DNA of 64,000 nt from Bacillota bacterium (lineage in GTDB: Bacteria; Bacillota; Clostridia; Monoglobales; Firm-18): positions 53,955-117,954 of the forward strand of contig JALOAJ010000002.1 in assembly GCA_023228885.1 (NCBI GenBank). Reading direction: 5' to 3'. The translations under genes were made by a program, and so were the position numbers. The notes under the pieces were generated by a model. That model saw nothing but the letters and a program-made list of their open reading frames with translations, was not told where the DNA came from and did no database searches. Each line of letters opens with the position of its first letter. Position 1 is the first letter of the stretch. This document shows positions 49,936-60,605 of this stretch, in pieces.

Positions 49936-50919
49936 ATGATACTCACTGCAACGGAACTTAGCAGGCAGTTGAAAAACAAAATAAAAAATGTTTATCTTTT
50001 CTTTGGTGAGGAGGCTTTTCTTCATACCGTTTATATCGAAAGAATTAAACAAAATATATTGGAAGGTCCGCTTTCGGAGTTTAATTATTCGCTTTTTGAC
50101 GAGGATAATGCAGTGTTTGAAGATTTTGCCGCGCAGGTGGATACATACCCTCAAATGGCAGAAAAAAAGCTGATTGTAGCTAAAAACACCGACTTTTTAA
50201 CAGCGGCGGAATATCAAAAACAAATTGAAGGTATCCTTGCAAACCTCCCCGAATATGCAGTTTTGATTTTTTCACAACAGGATAATAAAAAAATAAAAAA
50301 AAGCATCTTAGGGCTTATTGAATCAAATGGTGCAGTAGTCTCGCTTGCAAAACAAGAGTTGAGGGAACTCCGTCCATGGGTTGGCAGGCAATTTGCACGG
50401 CTGGGTAAAAAAATTTCAAACGAAGATGCCGAATTTTTAATTAGCATATGCGACGGCAGCCTTTCACGCTTGGAAGTGGAATGTAACAAACTTGCGGCGG
50501 CCGCAGGAGATGCTGAAAGGATAACCGCAAAGCTTATCGATGAGATGGTTTATATGCCGCTTGAGTACAAGATTTTTTCTATGGCAGACAAGCTTTTAGC
50601 AAAAAACAGCGCCGAGGCTTATAAAATGCTTAAGGAATTCAAAACTGCAAAAGAGCAGCCGGTGGTTATAATATCCCTTATATATTCACAGCTTTCGATG
50701 CTTAATATGTTTCGGCAAATAAAGCAAAAGGGGGCTGAGTTTCTTCCCTCCAACAGAAAATTTTTAGCAAGAAGGCTTTTGTCGGAAAGCGCTCGCCATA
50801 GCGAAAAAAAGCTTCAAGACGGAATGCGCAAGTGCGCCGAGTATGACGATAAAATAAAAAACGGGCTTATGGACGGATGGACGGCATTGGAGCTTATAAT
50901 GGCGTTTCTTTTGACATAA
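49936..50919 (+). CDS. holA: DNA polymerase III delta subunit
   Basis: VYLFFGEEAFL N-terminal motif, three-domain clamp-loader length (327 aa), position next to comEC. Confidence 0.8.
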   Translation: MILTATELSRQLKNKIKNVYLFFGEEAFLHTVYIERIKQNILEGPLSEFNYSLFDEDNAVFEDFAAQVDTYPQMAEKKLIVAKNTDFLTAAEYQKQIEGILANLPEYAVLIFSQQDNKKIKKSILGLIESNGAVVSLAKQELRELRPWVGRQFARLGKKISNEDAEFLISICDGSLSRLEVECNKLAAAAGDAERITAKLIDEMVYMPLEYKIFSMADKLLAKNSAEAYKMLKEFKTAKEQPVVIISLIYSQLSMLNMFRQIKQKGAEFLPSNRKFLARRLLSESARHSEKKLQDGMRKCAEYDDKIKNGLMDGWTALELIMAFLLT

Positions 50920-50983
50920 ATTGTGCAATTTCAACAGCTAATATCGCTTTTTAACAAATGTTTATGTAAAATTGCAAATTAAC

Positions 50984-51012
50984 TTGCATTTTTTGCGGTT
51001 TAGAGTTAAAAT
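50984..51012 (+). promoter_or_regulatory. Sigma-A type promoter for the PucR/CdaR regulator gene
   Basis: TTGCAT-17 nt-TAAAAT, about 98 nt upstream of the ATG. Confidence 0.4.
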
Positions 51013-51109
51013 ATACTTGTGTAATTTGCTTTTGTTGCGCTATTTAATTAAAATGATATTAAAAATACTTAACGAATTTTTGACCTGATAAAAAATAGGA
51101 GGCTTAAAT

Positions 51110-52195
51110 ATGCCAGTACGATTATTTCAAACTGTAATATATCAGATGCAAGGCGCGCTCTGCGGCAGAGCCGCGGGCGTTTTGGATGACGCAGGCAATG
51201 TAATTGCCAGCACCGACGCTTCTGTTATAGGAAGGGTATGGGAAAAGGTTGCCGAAATTGCCGGCACCACAATGGATGCCTTTGTTATAAGCGGCAAAAC
51301 CTTTAAACGCCTTGGTCGGGGAAGTAAGCTTGATTACATTGTGTTTTGCGAGGGCGAAGATGTTTGTGCAAAAGGGTTTGCGGGGTTAATAAGCGTCTCC
51401 CTTTCACAGTTAAAGCATTATTACGATGAAAAGCATGATAAAATCAGCTTTATAAAGAATATTTTAATAGACAACATAATGGTGGGTGATATTTACCCCA
51501 AGGCAAAGGCTTTGTATCTTAACACCGAATCGCATCGGGTGGCATTTTTAATCAGAACGCTTGACGACGAGTACGCTTCGCATGATGTTATATTAGGGCT
51601 TTTCCCCGATAAAAACAAAGACTTTATCGTTAGCATTAACGAAACGGATGTTGTTTTGATTAAAGAAACAAAAGAAGATGTTACCCTCAAGGAGTTGGAA
51701 AAGATTGCCGCCTCCATTGTTGATACATTAAGCTCGGAACTTATGACCAATGTTAAAGTGGGCATCGGTTCGGTGGTTAAAACAATAAACGAAATCGGTC
51801 ATTCATATAAAGATGCAATTATAGCGCTTCAGGTCGGCAAGGTTTTTGACACCGAGCGCAACATTATAAGTTATAATGACCTTGGCATCGGTCGTTTGGT
51901 ATATCAACTGCCCACAAAGATGTGTGAGCTGTTTTTGGCTGAAGTCTTTAAAAAAGGCTCTATTGATATATTAGACAGTGAAACAATTGTAACAATTCAA
52001 AAGTTTTTTGAAAACAACCTAAATGTCAGCGAAGCTTCCCGTCAACTTTATGTGCATAGAAACACGCTTGTTTACAGGCTGGATAAAATACTGAAATTAA
52101 CCGGTCTTGACCTGCGAAGGTTTGACGATGCGATTGTGTTTAAAGTTGCAATGATGGTAAGCAGATATCTTAAATCGGGCGAAATAAACATTTAA
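51110..52195 (+). CDS. PucR/CdaR family transcriptional regulator
   Basis: C-terminal PucR HTH NVSEASRQLYVHRNTLVYRLDKILKLTGLDLRRFDD; N-terminal CdaR-like sensor region. Confidence 0.8.
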   Translation: MPVRLFQTVIYQMQGALCGRAAGVLDDAGNVIASTDASVIGRVWEKVAEIAGTTMDAFVISGKTFKRLGRGSKLDYIVFCEGEDVCAKGFAGLISVSLSQLKHYYDEKHDKISFIKNILIDNIMVGDIYPKAKALYLNTESHRVAFLIRTLDDEYASHDVILGLFPDKNKDFIVSINETDVVLIKETKEDVTLKELEKIAASIVDTLSSELMTNVKVGIGSVVKTINEIGHSYKDAIIALQVGKVFDTERNIISYNDLGIGRLVYQLPTKMCELFLAEVFKKGSIDILDSETIVTIQKFFENNLNVSEASRQLYVHRNTLVYRLDKILKLTGLDLRRFDDAIVFKVAMMVSRYLKSGEINI

Positions 52196-52207
52196 TGCCC
52201 AACAGGG

Positions 52208-52894
52208 GTGAGCCTTTTGATTTTTTTTAACAATGTAACAAAGCAATACGAAAACGGAACCGTTGCGTTAGACAATGTGGGTTTTTTTATAGATAAAGGA
52301 GAATTTGTTTTTATCGTAGGTTCGTCCGGAGCGGGCAAATCAACCATAACAAAGCTTATTCTGTGTGAAGAACAACCGACAAACGGTTCGGTGCTTATAA
52401 ACGGAATTGACCTAAAGGGTTTGAGCCACCGTGAAATGCCGTACTATCGGCGTCAGCTTGGCATGGTCTTTCAAGATTTTCGGCTTTTGCCGAACAAAAC
52501 GGTGTATGAAAATATTGCATTTGCAATGCAGGTCAGAAATGCAACGGCAAAGGAAATTCGGCGCGCCATTCCCAATGTTTTAAGCATGGTGGGGCTTTCG
52601 CACAAATCAAAAGTTAAGCCGGGGCAGCTTTCCGGCGGCGAGCAACAACGGGTTGCCCTTGCGCGGGCAATGGTAAATAATCCTCCCGTTCTTATTGCGG
52701 ACGAGCCAACGGGTAATTTAGACCCTGCCACAGCTTTTGAAATTATACAACTGCTTGAAGATATAAATAAAAGGGGAACCACCGTGCTCACCGTAACGCA
52801 TGCGTGCGATATTGTAGATAAAATGAAAAAAAGAGTAATTGAAATAGATAATGGTAAAATAATCCGCGATGGGGTTGGGGGCTACAACATATGA
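52208..52894 (+). CDS. ftsE: Cell division ATP-binding protein FtsE
   Basis: [34 protein letters not shown]; followed by ftsX; the start may be the TTG at 52217. Confidence 0.93.
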   Translation: MSLLIFFNNVTKQYENGTVALDNVGFFIDKGEFVFIVGSSGAGKSTITKLILCEEQPTNGSVLINGIDLKGLSHREMPYYRRQLGMVFQDFRLLPNKTVYENIAFAMQVRNATAKEIRRAIPNVLSMVGLSHKSKVKPGQLSGGEQQRVALARAMVNNPPVLIADEPTGNLDPATAFEIIQLLEDINKRGTTVLTVTHACDIVDKMKKRVIEIDNGKIIRDGVGGYNI

Positions 52895-53781
52895 ACTCCA
52901 AAACTTTTAAATTTTTTATTGTCGAAGGTTTAAAAAGTTTTTTTAAAAACGGTCTTTTATCTGCGGCATCTGTGATAACAGTTTCGCTTAGCCTTATTCT
53001 GTTTGGCGTTTATGTTTTGTTTTCAATGAATTTAAACTATGCCGCAATGCAGATTGAAACAAACTACGAAATTCAAATATTTATTGACGAAAATGCCGAT
53101 TCTTCTCTTATAGGGCAAATAGAGTTAGGTTTGGGGGAAATAGAAAACATAAATACAATCACCTTTGTTGCCAAAGGGCAGGCGCTAAAGCAATGGATTG
53201 ACAGCATGGCGGATAATATCGAGGCGCTTGAGGGCTTGGAGGATGACAACCCCCTGCGCGATTCGTTTAGAATCACCTTTAAAAACTTACAATATGCAGA
53301 CGAAACGCTATCCGAAATTAAGGCAATACAAGGTGTTTCATACATAAAGAACAACAAAGATGTGGTGGATAAGCTTGTTGACATCACCGACAAAATTAAA
53401 AAGTCAAGCTTTTATTTTATGCTGTTTTTTGCGGTTATCTCAATTTTTATAATATCCAACTCAATAAGAATTACAGTTTTTGCACGAAGGCGCGAAGTGA
53501 ACATTATGAAGTTTGTCGGTGCAACCGATTGGTTTATAAGGTTGCCATTCATGATTGAAGGAATAATAATAGGCATTGTGGGGGCAATAATTTCAGCAAT
53601 TATCGTTTCAAGCGCATATGGGTATTTTTTATCCACCACAGGTGTTTTGATTGAAACAACGGTTAAGCTTTTGAAAACCGGACAAGTAACCCGAATTCTC
53701 ATAGCATACCTTGCCGGCGGCGGCATTGTGCTTGGCGCTTTAGGCAGTTCACTATCGCTACGAAAACATTTATATGTTTAA
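52891..53781 (+). CDS. ftsX: Cell division permease-like protein FtsX
   Basis: Four TM segments, large first extracellular loop, MKFVGATDWFIR motif; ATGA overlap with ftsE. Confidence 0.92.
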   Translation: MNSKTFKFFIVEGLKSFFKNGLLSAASVITVSLSLILFGVYVLFSMNLNYAAMQIETNYEIQIFIDENADSSLIGQIELGLGEIENINTITFVAKGQALKQWIDSMADNIEALEGLEDDNPLRDSFRITFKNLQYADETLSEIKAIQGVSYIKNNKDVVDKLVDITDKIKKSSFYFMLFFAVISIFIISNSIRITVFARRREVNIMKFVGATDWFIRLPFMIEGIIIGIVGAIISAIIVSSAYGYFLSTTGVLIETTVKLLKTGQVTRILIAYLAGGGIVLGALGSSLSLRKHLYV

Positions 53782-54940
53782 AACAAAGGAGTTGTTTGAT
53801 ATCTTTAACATGAGCGCGAAAGCTAAAAAAATTACTGCAATTTTGGTGATAGCCTTTTTTGTTTTTGCTTTTTTGTTTCCTCTGCTGGCAAACCTTTTGG
53901 TAAGGGCAGACCAATTAAGTGATATCGGAGCAAAAAAACAACAAACTCAAGGGCAGATAGACACAATTAAAAAAACAAATAAAGACATTTTGTCTCAAAA
54001 GAAAAAAGCGGATGAAGTGATTAAAAATATTGAAAAAGACCTTTATGCATTGCAAGTTGAAATAGATAACCACAATGAGGCATTACATATTTTAGAGGGT
54101 GAGCTTAAACAAGCGCAAGCGGATGCAGAGACGCAATACAAAACATTAAAAAAGCGTATAAGGGTTATGTACGAACAGGGTGCAGACAACTATCTTGAGG
54201 TTTTACTTTCGTCAGGCAGCATTGCAGACTTTTTAAACAGATTTGAAATAATAAAGCAGATAACTGAATATGATAATAAAAGATTTAAAAATCTTACACA
54301 AGCAGTTAACCAAATAGAAGTTAAAACAGAAGAAATCGAAAAAATAAAGGCACAAAAAGCAACTAAAATGGCGGCACAGCAAAAGGATAAAGAAAAGCTT
54401 GACAACGAGCAAAGAAAGCGTGACGGCATATTAGATGAAAACAACATGGAGGTTGCACAGCTTGAAAAGTTTTTAAATGAACTTGCGGCTATGGAAGCCA
54501 AATTAAAGGCGGAGGCCGCAGCAAAAATGAGTAAGACGGCAAAGTATGCCGGCGGTCAGCTGGAATGGCCCGCCCCGGGTTGTTATACCATAACCTCTCC
54601 TTTCGGCATGCGATATCACCCGGTGCTCAAAGTAAATCGCGGGCATGCCGGGCTTGATATAGGCGCTCTGAACGGTTCTTCGATAGTTGCCGCAAACGAT
54701 GGCGTGGTTATCAAGGCAACATATAATTCCTCATACGGAAATTATGTAATGATAGACCACGGCGGCGGCATTGCCACGCTGTATGCGCATTCGAGCAAAC
54801 TGTGCGTTTCTGAAGGCGCCAAGGTAACGCGGGGGCAAGAAATTGCAAAAGTTGGGTCAACAGGCATTTCAACAGGTCCGCACCTGCACTTTGAGGTTAT
54901 AGTGAACGGAAGTAATGTTGACCCTGCATCGTATTACTGA
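53774..54940 (+). CDS. Coiled-coil M23 family peptidoglycan metalloendopeptidase
   Basis: Signal/TM segment, ~230-aa coiled coil, M23 motifs HAGLDIGA and GPHLHFEV; directly downstream of ftsEX. Confidence 0.9.
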   Translation: MFKTKELFDIFNMSAKAKKITAILVIAFFVFAFLFPLLANLLVRADQLSDIGAKKQQTQGQIDTIKKTNKDILSQKKKADEVIKNIEKDLYALQVEIDNHNEALHILEGELKQAQADAETQYKTLKKRIRVMYEQGADNYLEVLLSSGSIADFLNRFEIIKQITEYDNKRFKNLTQAVNQIEVKTEEIEKIKAQKATKMAAQQKDKEKLDNEQRKRDGILDENNMEVAQLEKFLNELAAMEAKLKAEAAAKMSKTAKYAGGQLEWPAPGCYTITSPFGMRYHPVLKVNRGHAGLDIGALNGSSIVAANDGVVIKATYNSSYGNYVMIDHGGGIATLYAHSSKLCVSEGAKVTRGQEIAKVGSTGISTGPHLHFEVIVNGSNVDPASYY

Positions 54941-55027
54941 TGCTTTCATGAGGCTTACCATACAACAAATCGGAAAGGATATCCCTGTTTAATTATCAGC
55001 GTTTATAAGTTGTGTTTTTGAAAATTA

Positions 55028-55056
55028 CAAACTTTGCGTGTAAAATAATGCGGGTA
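55028..55056 (+). promoter_or_regulatory. Sigma-A type promoter for the S41 peptidase gene
   Basis: TTGAAA-17 nt-TAAAAT with TG one base upstream of the -10. Confidence 0.45.
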
Positions 55057-55070
55057 TTAGGTATCATATT

Positions 55071-56231
55071 ATGCGAAACAAAAAAATAGGCATTGTAGTT
55101 TCCGTCACCATTATTATAACTGCATTTCTTACATTTTTGGCAACAACAGCTTTTTATGCGTTTTTGCTAAACGGAAAATCAAGTGTCGGTTTGCAAAGCG
55201 GTGCAAAGATATTGCAAACGGTAAGCGCGTTGCAAAAGCATTATTACTATGGAATTGACGAGGAAGAATTGGTTGACAGCACCCTTAAAACAATGCTAAG
55301 CTCGCTTGGAGACCCATATACCGCTTATATGAATGCGGATGAATATAAAACATTTGCCGAGCTGATAACCGGCACATACGCCGGCATAGGAACGGTTGTG
55401 CTATGGGATGATGAATTAAAAGCGGTTACCGTTGTAAATCCTTTTGAAAATTCACCCGCCGAAAAAGCGGGGCTTGTTAAAGGTGATAAAATAATAGAAA
55501 TAGACGGGGAGGATTTTGCAAACATTGATTTTGAAAGCGCCGTTTCAAAAATGAAAGGCGAACGCGGAACAAATGTGATTTTAACAGTTTTAAAAGCCGA
55601 CTCGGGCGAAAAAGTAACAATCGAGGTTACGCGCGATGAGATACAAATTCCATCGGTTGCATCCAAGCTTCGGGGAAATATCGGTCACATCACAATTTCA
55701 ATGTTTGACATGCACACAGGGGAAGAATTTTCACAGCATTTAAACGATATGCTAAATCAAGGTGCAAAAGGAATTATACTTGACCTTCGGGATAATGGCG
55801 GCGGGCTTGTTGAGTCTGTCACCTCCGTTTCAAATCAATTATTAAAAAAGGATGAAATGATTTTTTATACCGAAAACAAGGCGGGCAAAAAGGTTGTGCA
55901 TAAATCAACAGGCAACGGTGTTGATTTGCCGATTGCGGTATTGATTAACGAAAATACCGCCAGCGCGTCCGAACTTCTTGCAGGCGCGCTTCGCGACAAC
56001 AAAGCAACGCCGCTTATCGGGAAAAAGTCTTTCGGCAAAGGCGTTGTGCAAATGACATATCCCCTTTCCGACGGGAGCGTTATAAAATTGACGGTTGAAA
56101 AATATTTTACGCCAAACGGCAATGATATCAACAATAACGGTTTAAAGCCCGATTACGAGGTAGGGCTTTCATCAAATAAAGACGAGCAATACCAAATGGC
56201 AGAAGAAGTTATAAAAAATTTGATGTCATAA
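55071..56231 (+). CDS. S41 family carboxy-terminal processing peptidase
   Basis: N-terminal TM, PDZ domain (SPAEKAGLVKGDKIIEIDG), DLRDNGGG, catalytic-serine motif NENTASASELLAGAL and a downstream conserved Lys (GKKSFGKG). Confidence 0.92.
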   Translation: MRNKKIGIVVSVTIIITAFLTFLATTAFYAFLLNGKSSVGLQSGAKILQTVSALQKHYYYGIDEEELVDSTLKTMLSSLGDPYTAYMNADEYKTFAELITGTYAGIGTVVLWDDELKAVTVVNPFENSPAEKAGLVKGDKIIEIDGEDFANIDFESAVSKMKGERGTNVILTVLKADSGEKVTIEVTRDEIQIPSVASKLRGNIGHITISMFDMHTGEEFSQHLNDMLNQGAKGIILDLRDNGGGLVESVTSVSNQLLKKDEMIFYTENKAGKKVVHKSTGNGVDLPIAVLINENTASASELLAGALRDNKATPLIGKKSFGKGVVQMTYPLSDGSVIKLTVEKYFTPNGNDINNNGLKPDYEVGLSSNKDEQYQMAEEVIKNLMS

Positions 56232-56401
56232 AACAATTAATCTCTGCGTATAATTAAGACAAATGAGCAAAAGCATTAAAGCTGCTTTATGCTAATTCGC
56301 ATTAAATTCAAAGCCGTTTTTTGCGAGTTGGCACACATTGCAGCTATTTTGTTTTAAATTTCTTAATTTAAAAGCATTTTTTTAAGAAGGGATGTTTAAC
56401 A

Positions 56402-57199
56402 TTGCAGAGGTTGGGAATCATCGCTTTGGAATGCGAACGGCTGGCTTCACTCGGCTTTTTTTGTTTGGGACGAAGCAAAAGAGTTGACAAATGCCTCATA
56501 TCAGACAACCTTGAAACGATTGCCGTTTATGTCGAAAAAAACATAAAGCGCCTTTCAAAAGCGCTGTTGCAAAACAACATTTCTTATGCTGTTTGCACAA
56601 AAAAATTTACCGATAAATTTGGAAAGCTACAATTGCAGGGCATAGAAATTATTGACGGTTTGCCGCTGTACAAACAACTTTTACCGGAAATAATTAAAAA
56701 AGCGTCAAAACTCTCGCTTTCACCCAAGCAGCAGCGCGTGCTTGCAATATGCGGGGATGATGCCGACTTTGCATTTTCGCTGATGACAAAACTTTGTAAT
56801 GACTTTAGATATGTTAAAGTTATATCTAAAAACAAAAAAAAGGTGTCTGAAATTTCAGAAAAATTTTTAGACGAACTTGGAATACCTGTCATTATGTCAA
56901 ACTCATCATCAAGGGTTAAGTGCGACATAGCTGTAAAAATAGAAAATCAAAGCCTTTCTGTGCCTAAACATACCATTTTAATTGATGGCTGCGCTGAGCA
57001 TACTATAACAAGAAAAAACACAATCAACTGGGTTGACCTTTCTCTTTGCTATAACATCCCATTTGATGTTGACAGCCTTAGCATAGCACAAGCAACACAG
57101 CAACTTACCGGCAAAAAAGCCCATTTCAAAATCAGCGCCTTTCGGTGCGGAAAAAATAAAACCATTTTCGATATGGGGAAAAGGATTGACAACACTTAA
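56402..57199 (+). CDS. Hypothetical protein, no family recognised
   Basis: 265-codon ORF with a TTG start 9 nt after AAGAAGGGA; no in-frame ATG until about codon 128; coding-like composition; central region is faintly Rossmann-like but has no glycine-rich loop. Confidence 0.5.
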   Translation: MQRLGIIALECERLASLGFFCLGRSKRVDKCLISDNLETIAVYVEKNIKRLSKALLQNNISYAVCTKKFTDKFGKLQLQGIEIIDGLPLYKQLLPEIIKKASKLSLSPKQQRVLAICGDDADFAFSLMTKLCNDFRYVKVISKNKKKVSEISEKFLDELGIPVIMSNSSSRVKCDIAVKIENQSLSVPKHTILIDGCAEHTITRKNTINWVDLSLCYNIPFDVDSLSIAQATQQLTGKKAHFKISAFRCGKNKTIFDMGKRIDNT

Positions 57200-57341
57200 A
57201 ATATTGTATATAATAAACGCCATAAAACTGTTAGAAATGAGTTTGCCGCGCTTTAGACACTATAATGTGTTTTTCAAAGCCACCATATAAATAATCAAAG
57301 ATAAAACAAATGAGTGTTGACAAATAAAAGGAGTGGTTTGT

Positions 57342-57821
57342 ATGACATTAGCAAAACAAGTAATTTTAACATATGAGGGATTGGAAAAATTAGAAAATGA
57401 ATTAGAACATTTAAAAACTGTAATGCGAAAAGAGGTTGCCGAAAAAATTAAGCAAGCCCTTTCCTTCGGTGACTTGTCGGAAAATTCCGAATACGATGAG
57501 GTTAAGAAAGAACAAGCGCAAATGGAAATTCGCATTGTTCAAATTGAAAAAATGCTAAAAAACGCGAGAATTATCGATGAAGATGATGTTTCAACCGATA
57601 AAGTGTCGCTTGGCAGCAAGGTTTTGGTGCTGGATATAGAATTACAAGAACAAATCGAATATGTTATAGTCGGTTCAATGGAAGCCAACCCTGCCGAACT
57701 GAAAATTTCTGATGAATCGCCGGTGGGAAGCGCGCTTTTGGACAAAAAAGTTGGGGATGTTGTGGAAGCAACCGTCCCTATGGGAACGGTTAAGTTTGAA
57801 GTTATTAAAATTAGCAAATAG
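57342..57821 (+). CDS. greA: Transcription elongation factor GreA
   Basis: [17 protein letters not shown]...[14 protein letters not shown] coiled-coil finger plus C-terminal FKBP-like domain; ATG after AAAGGAG. Confidence 0.95.
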   Translation: MTLAKQVILTYEGLEKLENELEHLKTVMRKEVAEKIKQALSFGDLSENSEYDEVKKEQAQMEIRIVQIEKMLKNARIIDEDDVSTDKVSLGSKVLVLDIELQEQIEYVIVGSMEANPAELKISDESPVGSALLDKKVGDVVEATVPMGTVKFEVIKISK

Positions 57822-57835
57822 GGGGCAGCACTTAA

Positions 57836-59338
57836 TTGATTGAAAATTCAAACGAAAATTTGCAAGACATTAACGAAATTCTTCAAGTTAGAAGAAAAAA
57901 ACTTTCAGAGCTTGTTTCAAACGGCGAAAACCCGTATGCCGTTACCAAGTATGAAGTTGATGCTTCGGCAAAACAAATAATAGAAAATTACGATAATTTT
58001 GAGGGTAAAGCTGTTTCGCTTGCAGGGCGAATTATGTCCAAAAGGGGTATGGGAAAAGCCTCGTTTTGTGATTTAAGCGACCGTGATGGCAAAATTCAGC
58101 TTTATATACGAAAAGACGAAGTAGGCGAAGACTCCTACGAAAAGATAAAAAAGATTGACATAGGCGACATTGCGGGAGTGACAGGAGAAGTTTTTACAAC
58201 AAACAAGGGTGAAATTTCTGTAAAGGTTAACGCCTTTACACTGCTTTCTAAGTCGTTGCAACCGCTCCCGGAAAAATTTCATGGCTTAAAAGACCAAGAT
58301 TTGCGTTATCGTCAGCGATATGTCGACTTAATTGTCAACCCCGAAGTGAAAAATACTTTCATCACACGAAGTAAAATTGTAAGCTCAATGCGACACTTTT
58401 TTGATTCGCAAGGATATTTAGAGGTTGAAACGCCGGTGTTAAACAACATCCCCGGCGGCGCTGCCGCGCGGCCTTTTGTCACACACCATAATACCCTTGA
58501 CATGAATATGTACCTTCGCATTGCAACGGAGCTTCATTTAAAGCGGCTTATAGTTGGCGGAATGGAAAAGGTGTATGAAATAGGCAGAATTTTTAGGAAT
58601 GAGGGGATGAGCCCGCGGCATAATCCTGAATTCACAACGGTTGAAGTGTATGGTGCATACACCGATTATAATGATATGATGACTCTTACTGAAAACCTTG
58701 TTTGCCATGTTGCAAAAGAAGTTCTCGAAACCCTTGAGATTACATATCAGGGCGAAGAGATTAATTTAACGCCGCCATGGAACAGAATGACTATGGTTGA
58801 TGCGGTGAAAAACTACACAGGCATAGATTTTAGCGCTATACAAACTGACGAACAAGCGCGCAACGCCGCAAAAGATGCCAATATAGCTATTGAAAATACC
58901 GACACTTGGGGAACGATACTTAATAAGCTTTTTGAAGAAAAGGTTGAGCAGCACCTTGTTTCTCCCACCTTTATTATTGATTATCCGGTTGAAGTTTCTC
59001 CGCTTGCAAAAAAAATGCAATCAAATCCAAGACTAACCGAAAGGTTTGAGCTGTTTATTACAAGACGAGAAATTGCAAACGCCTTTTCAGAGCTTAACGA
59101 CCCGATAGACCAACGAGAGCGGTTTGAAGAACAAGTGCGCCAACGGGCAGCAGGTAATGAAGAAGCAAATATGATGGATGATGATTTCGTGTTAGCTCTT
59201 GAATACGGAATGCCTCCCACAGGCGGTATGGGTATGGGCATTGATCGTCTTGTAATGCTGCTCACCGACAGCCCTTCCATTAGGGATGTGTTGCTTTTCC
59301 CCACTATGAAGCCAAAAAAAATCGGTGAACAGTCATGA
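57836..59338 (+). CDS. lysS: Lysine--tRNA ligase (class II)
   Basis: OB anticodon-binding domain, class II motifs ([24 protein letters not shown]); TTG start; 500 aa. Confidence 0.95.
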   Translation: MIENSNENLQDINEILQVRRKKLSELVSNGENPYAVTKYEVDASAKQIIENYDNFEGKAVSLAGRIMSKRGMGKASFCDLSDRDGKIQLYIRKDEVGEDSYEKIKKIDIGDIAGVTGEVFTTNKGEISVKVNAFTLLSKSLQPLPEKFHGLKDQDLRYRQRYVDLIVNPEVKNTFITRSKIVSSMRHFFDSQGYLEVETPVLNNIPGGAAARPFVTHHNTLDMNMYLRIATELHLKRLIVGGMEKVYEIGRIFRNEGMSPRHNPEFTTVEVYGAYTDYNDMMTLTENLVCHVAKEVLETLEITYQGEEINLTPPWNRMTMVDAVKNYTGIDFSAIQTDEQARNAAKDANIAIENTDTWGTILNKLFEEKVEQHLVSPTFIIDYPVEVSPLAKKMQSNPRLTERFELFITRREIANAFSELNDPIDQRERFEEQVRQRAAGNEEANMMDDDFVLALEYGMPPTGGMGMGIDRLVMLLTDSPSIRDVLLFPTMKPKKIGEQS

Positions 59339-59958
59339 AAGTATTTGGCAAACAAATAGACAAGCAATGGTTTGAAAACTACTGGTATTATTATAAAAAG
59401 CATACATTCGTAGGCATATTTATATTGTTTATTATCTCGTATACAGCAGTTGAATGCTCAAAAAATGTAGACCCGGATGTATCTGTTCTATACATTGGAA
59501 GCACTTATTTTGATAATGAATTTGCGGACAAGCTTGAACAACGGCTTTCCGATTGCATCGAAGATATAAATAATGACGGGGTCATAAAGGTGCAATTTTC
59601 ACCCATTTTTATTTCCGATGAAATGAAATCAGAGCAGGATTTTGCAATGCAGCAAAAAATGCAGCTTGAAGTTGCGGTAGGGGACAGTTATTTATACTTA
59701 TTGGATAAAAAATATTATGAATCGTATGCAAAGCAAGATTTGTTCGTTGATATTTCGCCGTATATTGACGCAAACGAGCCGACATATGGGCTCGATGCAT
59801 ATGACAGCCCTATTTTGCAAGAGTTAGGAATTAAAAATGATTCCCAAATATATGTTGCCATAAGGGTGCTCACACAGGGGGATGAAAAAAAACAAAAAAA
59901 GACGGCAAACCAGGTCAATGCAATCAACATTATAAAAGAATTGTATAAAAATGATTGA
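59335..59958 (+). CDS. Hypothetical membrane-anchored protein
   Basis: ATGA overlap with the lysS stop; one TM ([15 protein letters not shown]) followed by a ~160-aa soluble domain; no family recognised. Confidence 0.55.
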   Translation: MKVFGKQIDKQWFENYWYYYKKHTFVGIFILFIISYTAVECSKNVDPDVSVLYIGSTYFDNEFADKLEQRLSDCIEDINNDGVIKVQFSPIFISDEMKSEQDFAMQQKMQLEVAVGDSYLYLLDKKYYESYAKQDLFVDISPYIDANEPTYGLDAYDSPILQELGIKNDSQIYVAIRVLTQGDEKKQKKTANQVNAINIIKELYKND

Positions 59959-59984
59959 CTTACAACATAGCCGCATGCTATAAT
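59955..59984 (+). promoter_or_regulatory. Sigma-A promoter for tRNA-Ile
   Basis: TTGACT-18 nt-TGCTATAAT (extended -10), ending about 20 nt before the tRNA 5' end. Confidence 0.55.
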
Positions 59985-60004
59985 TTATATCGTGTTGCAT
60001 ATTA

Positions 60005-60081
<77 letters not shown>

Positions 60082-60138
60082 ATTGGTTTTTAGCCGCTTG
60101 GGGGTATTGAATCGAAAAGATTATATGGAGTTTGACTA

Positions 60139-60594
60139 ATGACAAATAACGTTTTAGTTTTTTTATCAGCAATGGCGCCTATTTCGGAGCTGCGCGGTGC
60201 AATACCGCTGGGCATTGCACTTGGTATGCCACCGTTTAAAGTGTTTTTTATATCAATTATAGGGAACATTCTTCCTATTCCTTTTTTAATAATCTTTTCG
60301 CGACCGGTTATACAATTTTTTAAAAGATTTGCAATATTTGAAAAAATACTCACTTCCATTGAACAAAATGCAACAAAAAAAGCTTATAAAATTAAAGGCT
60401 ACATTGCGCTTGGTCTTTATTTGCTTGTTGCGGCGCCTTTGCCCGGAACGGGGGCGTGGACAGGCTCTTTAATTGCAGCAGTCCTTAATCTGCGGCTTAA
60501 ATATGCAATACCGATAATTTGTGCCGGCGTGCTTACGGCTGGCGTTATAGTGCTTATTTTAAGTTTTGGCACAATACATCTTTTTGGTATATAG
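60139..60594 (+). CDS. Small multidrug-export-like membrane protein (COG2426 family)
   Basis: [18 protein letters not shown] and [12 protein letters not shown] motifs; four TM segments; 151 aa. Confidence 0.75.
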   Translation: MTNNVLVFLSAMAPISELRGAIPLGIALGMPPFKVFFISIIGNILPIPFLIIFSRPVIQFFKRFAIFEKILTSIEQNATKKAYKIKGYIALGLYLLVAAPLPGTGAWTGSLIAAVLNLRLKYAIPIICAGVLTAGVIVLILSFGTIHLFGI

Positions 60595-60605
60595 GAGGAA
60601 TAATT

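Noticed and set aside
57822-57835. T-box or riboswitch leaders for lysS, thrS, metK and fhs.
   Set aside because: Each of these genes starts within 0-14 nt of the preceding gene, which leaves no space for a leader. No T-box specifier/antiterminator, SAM-I or ZTP consensus sequences were seen anywhere in the window.
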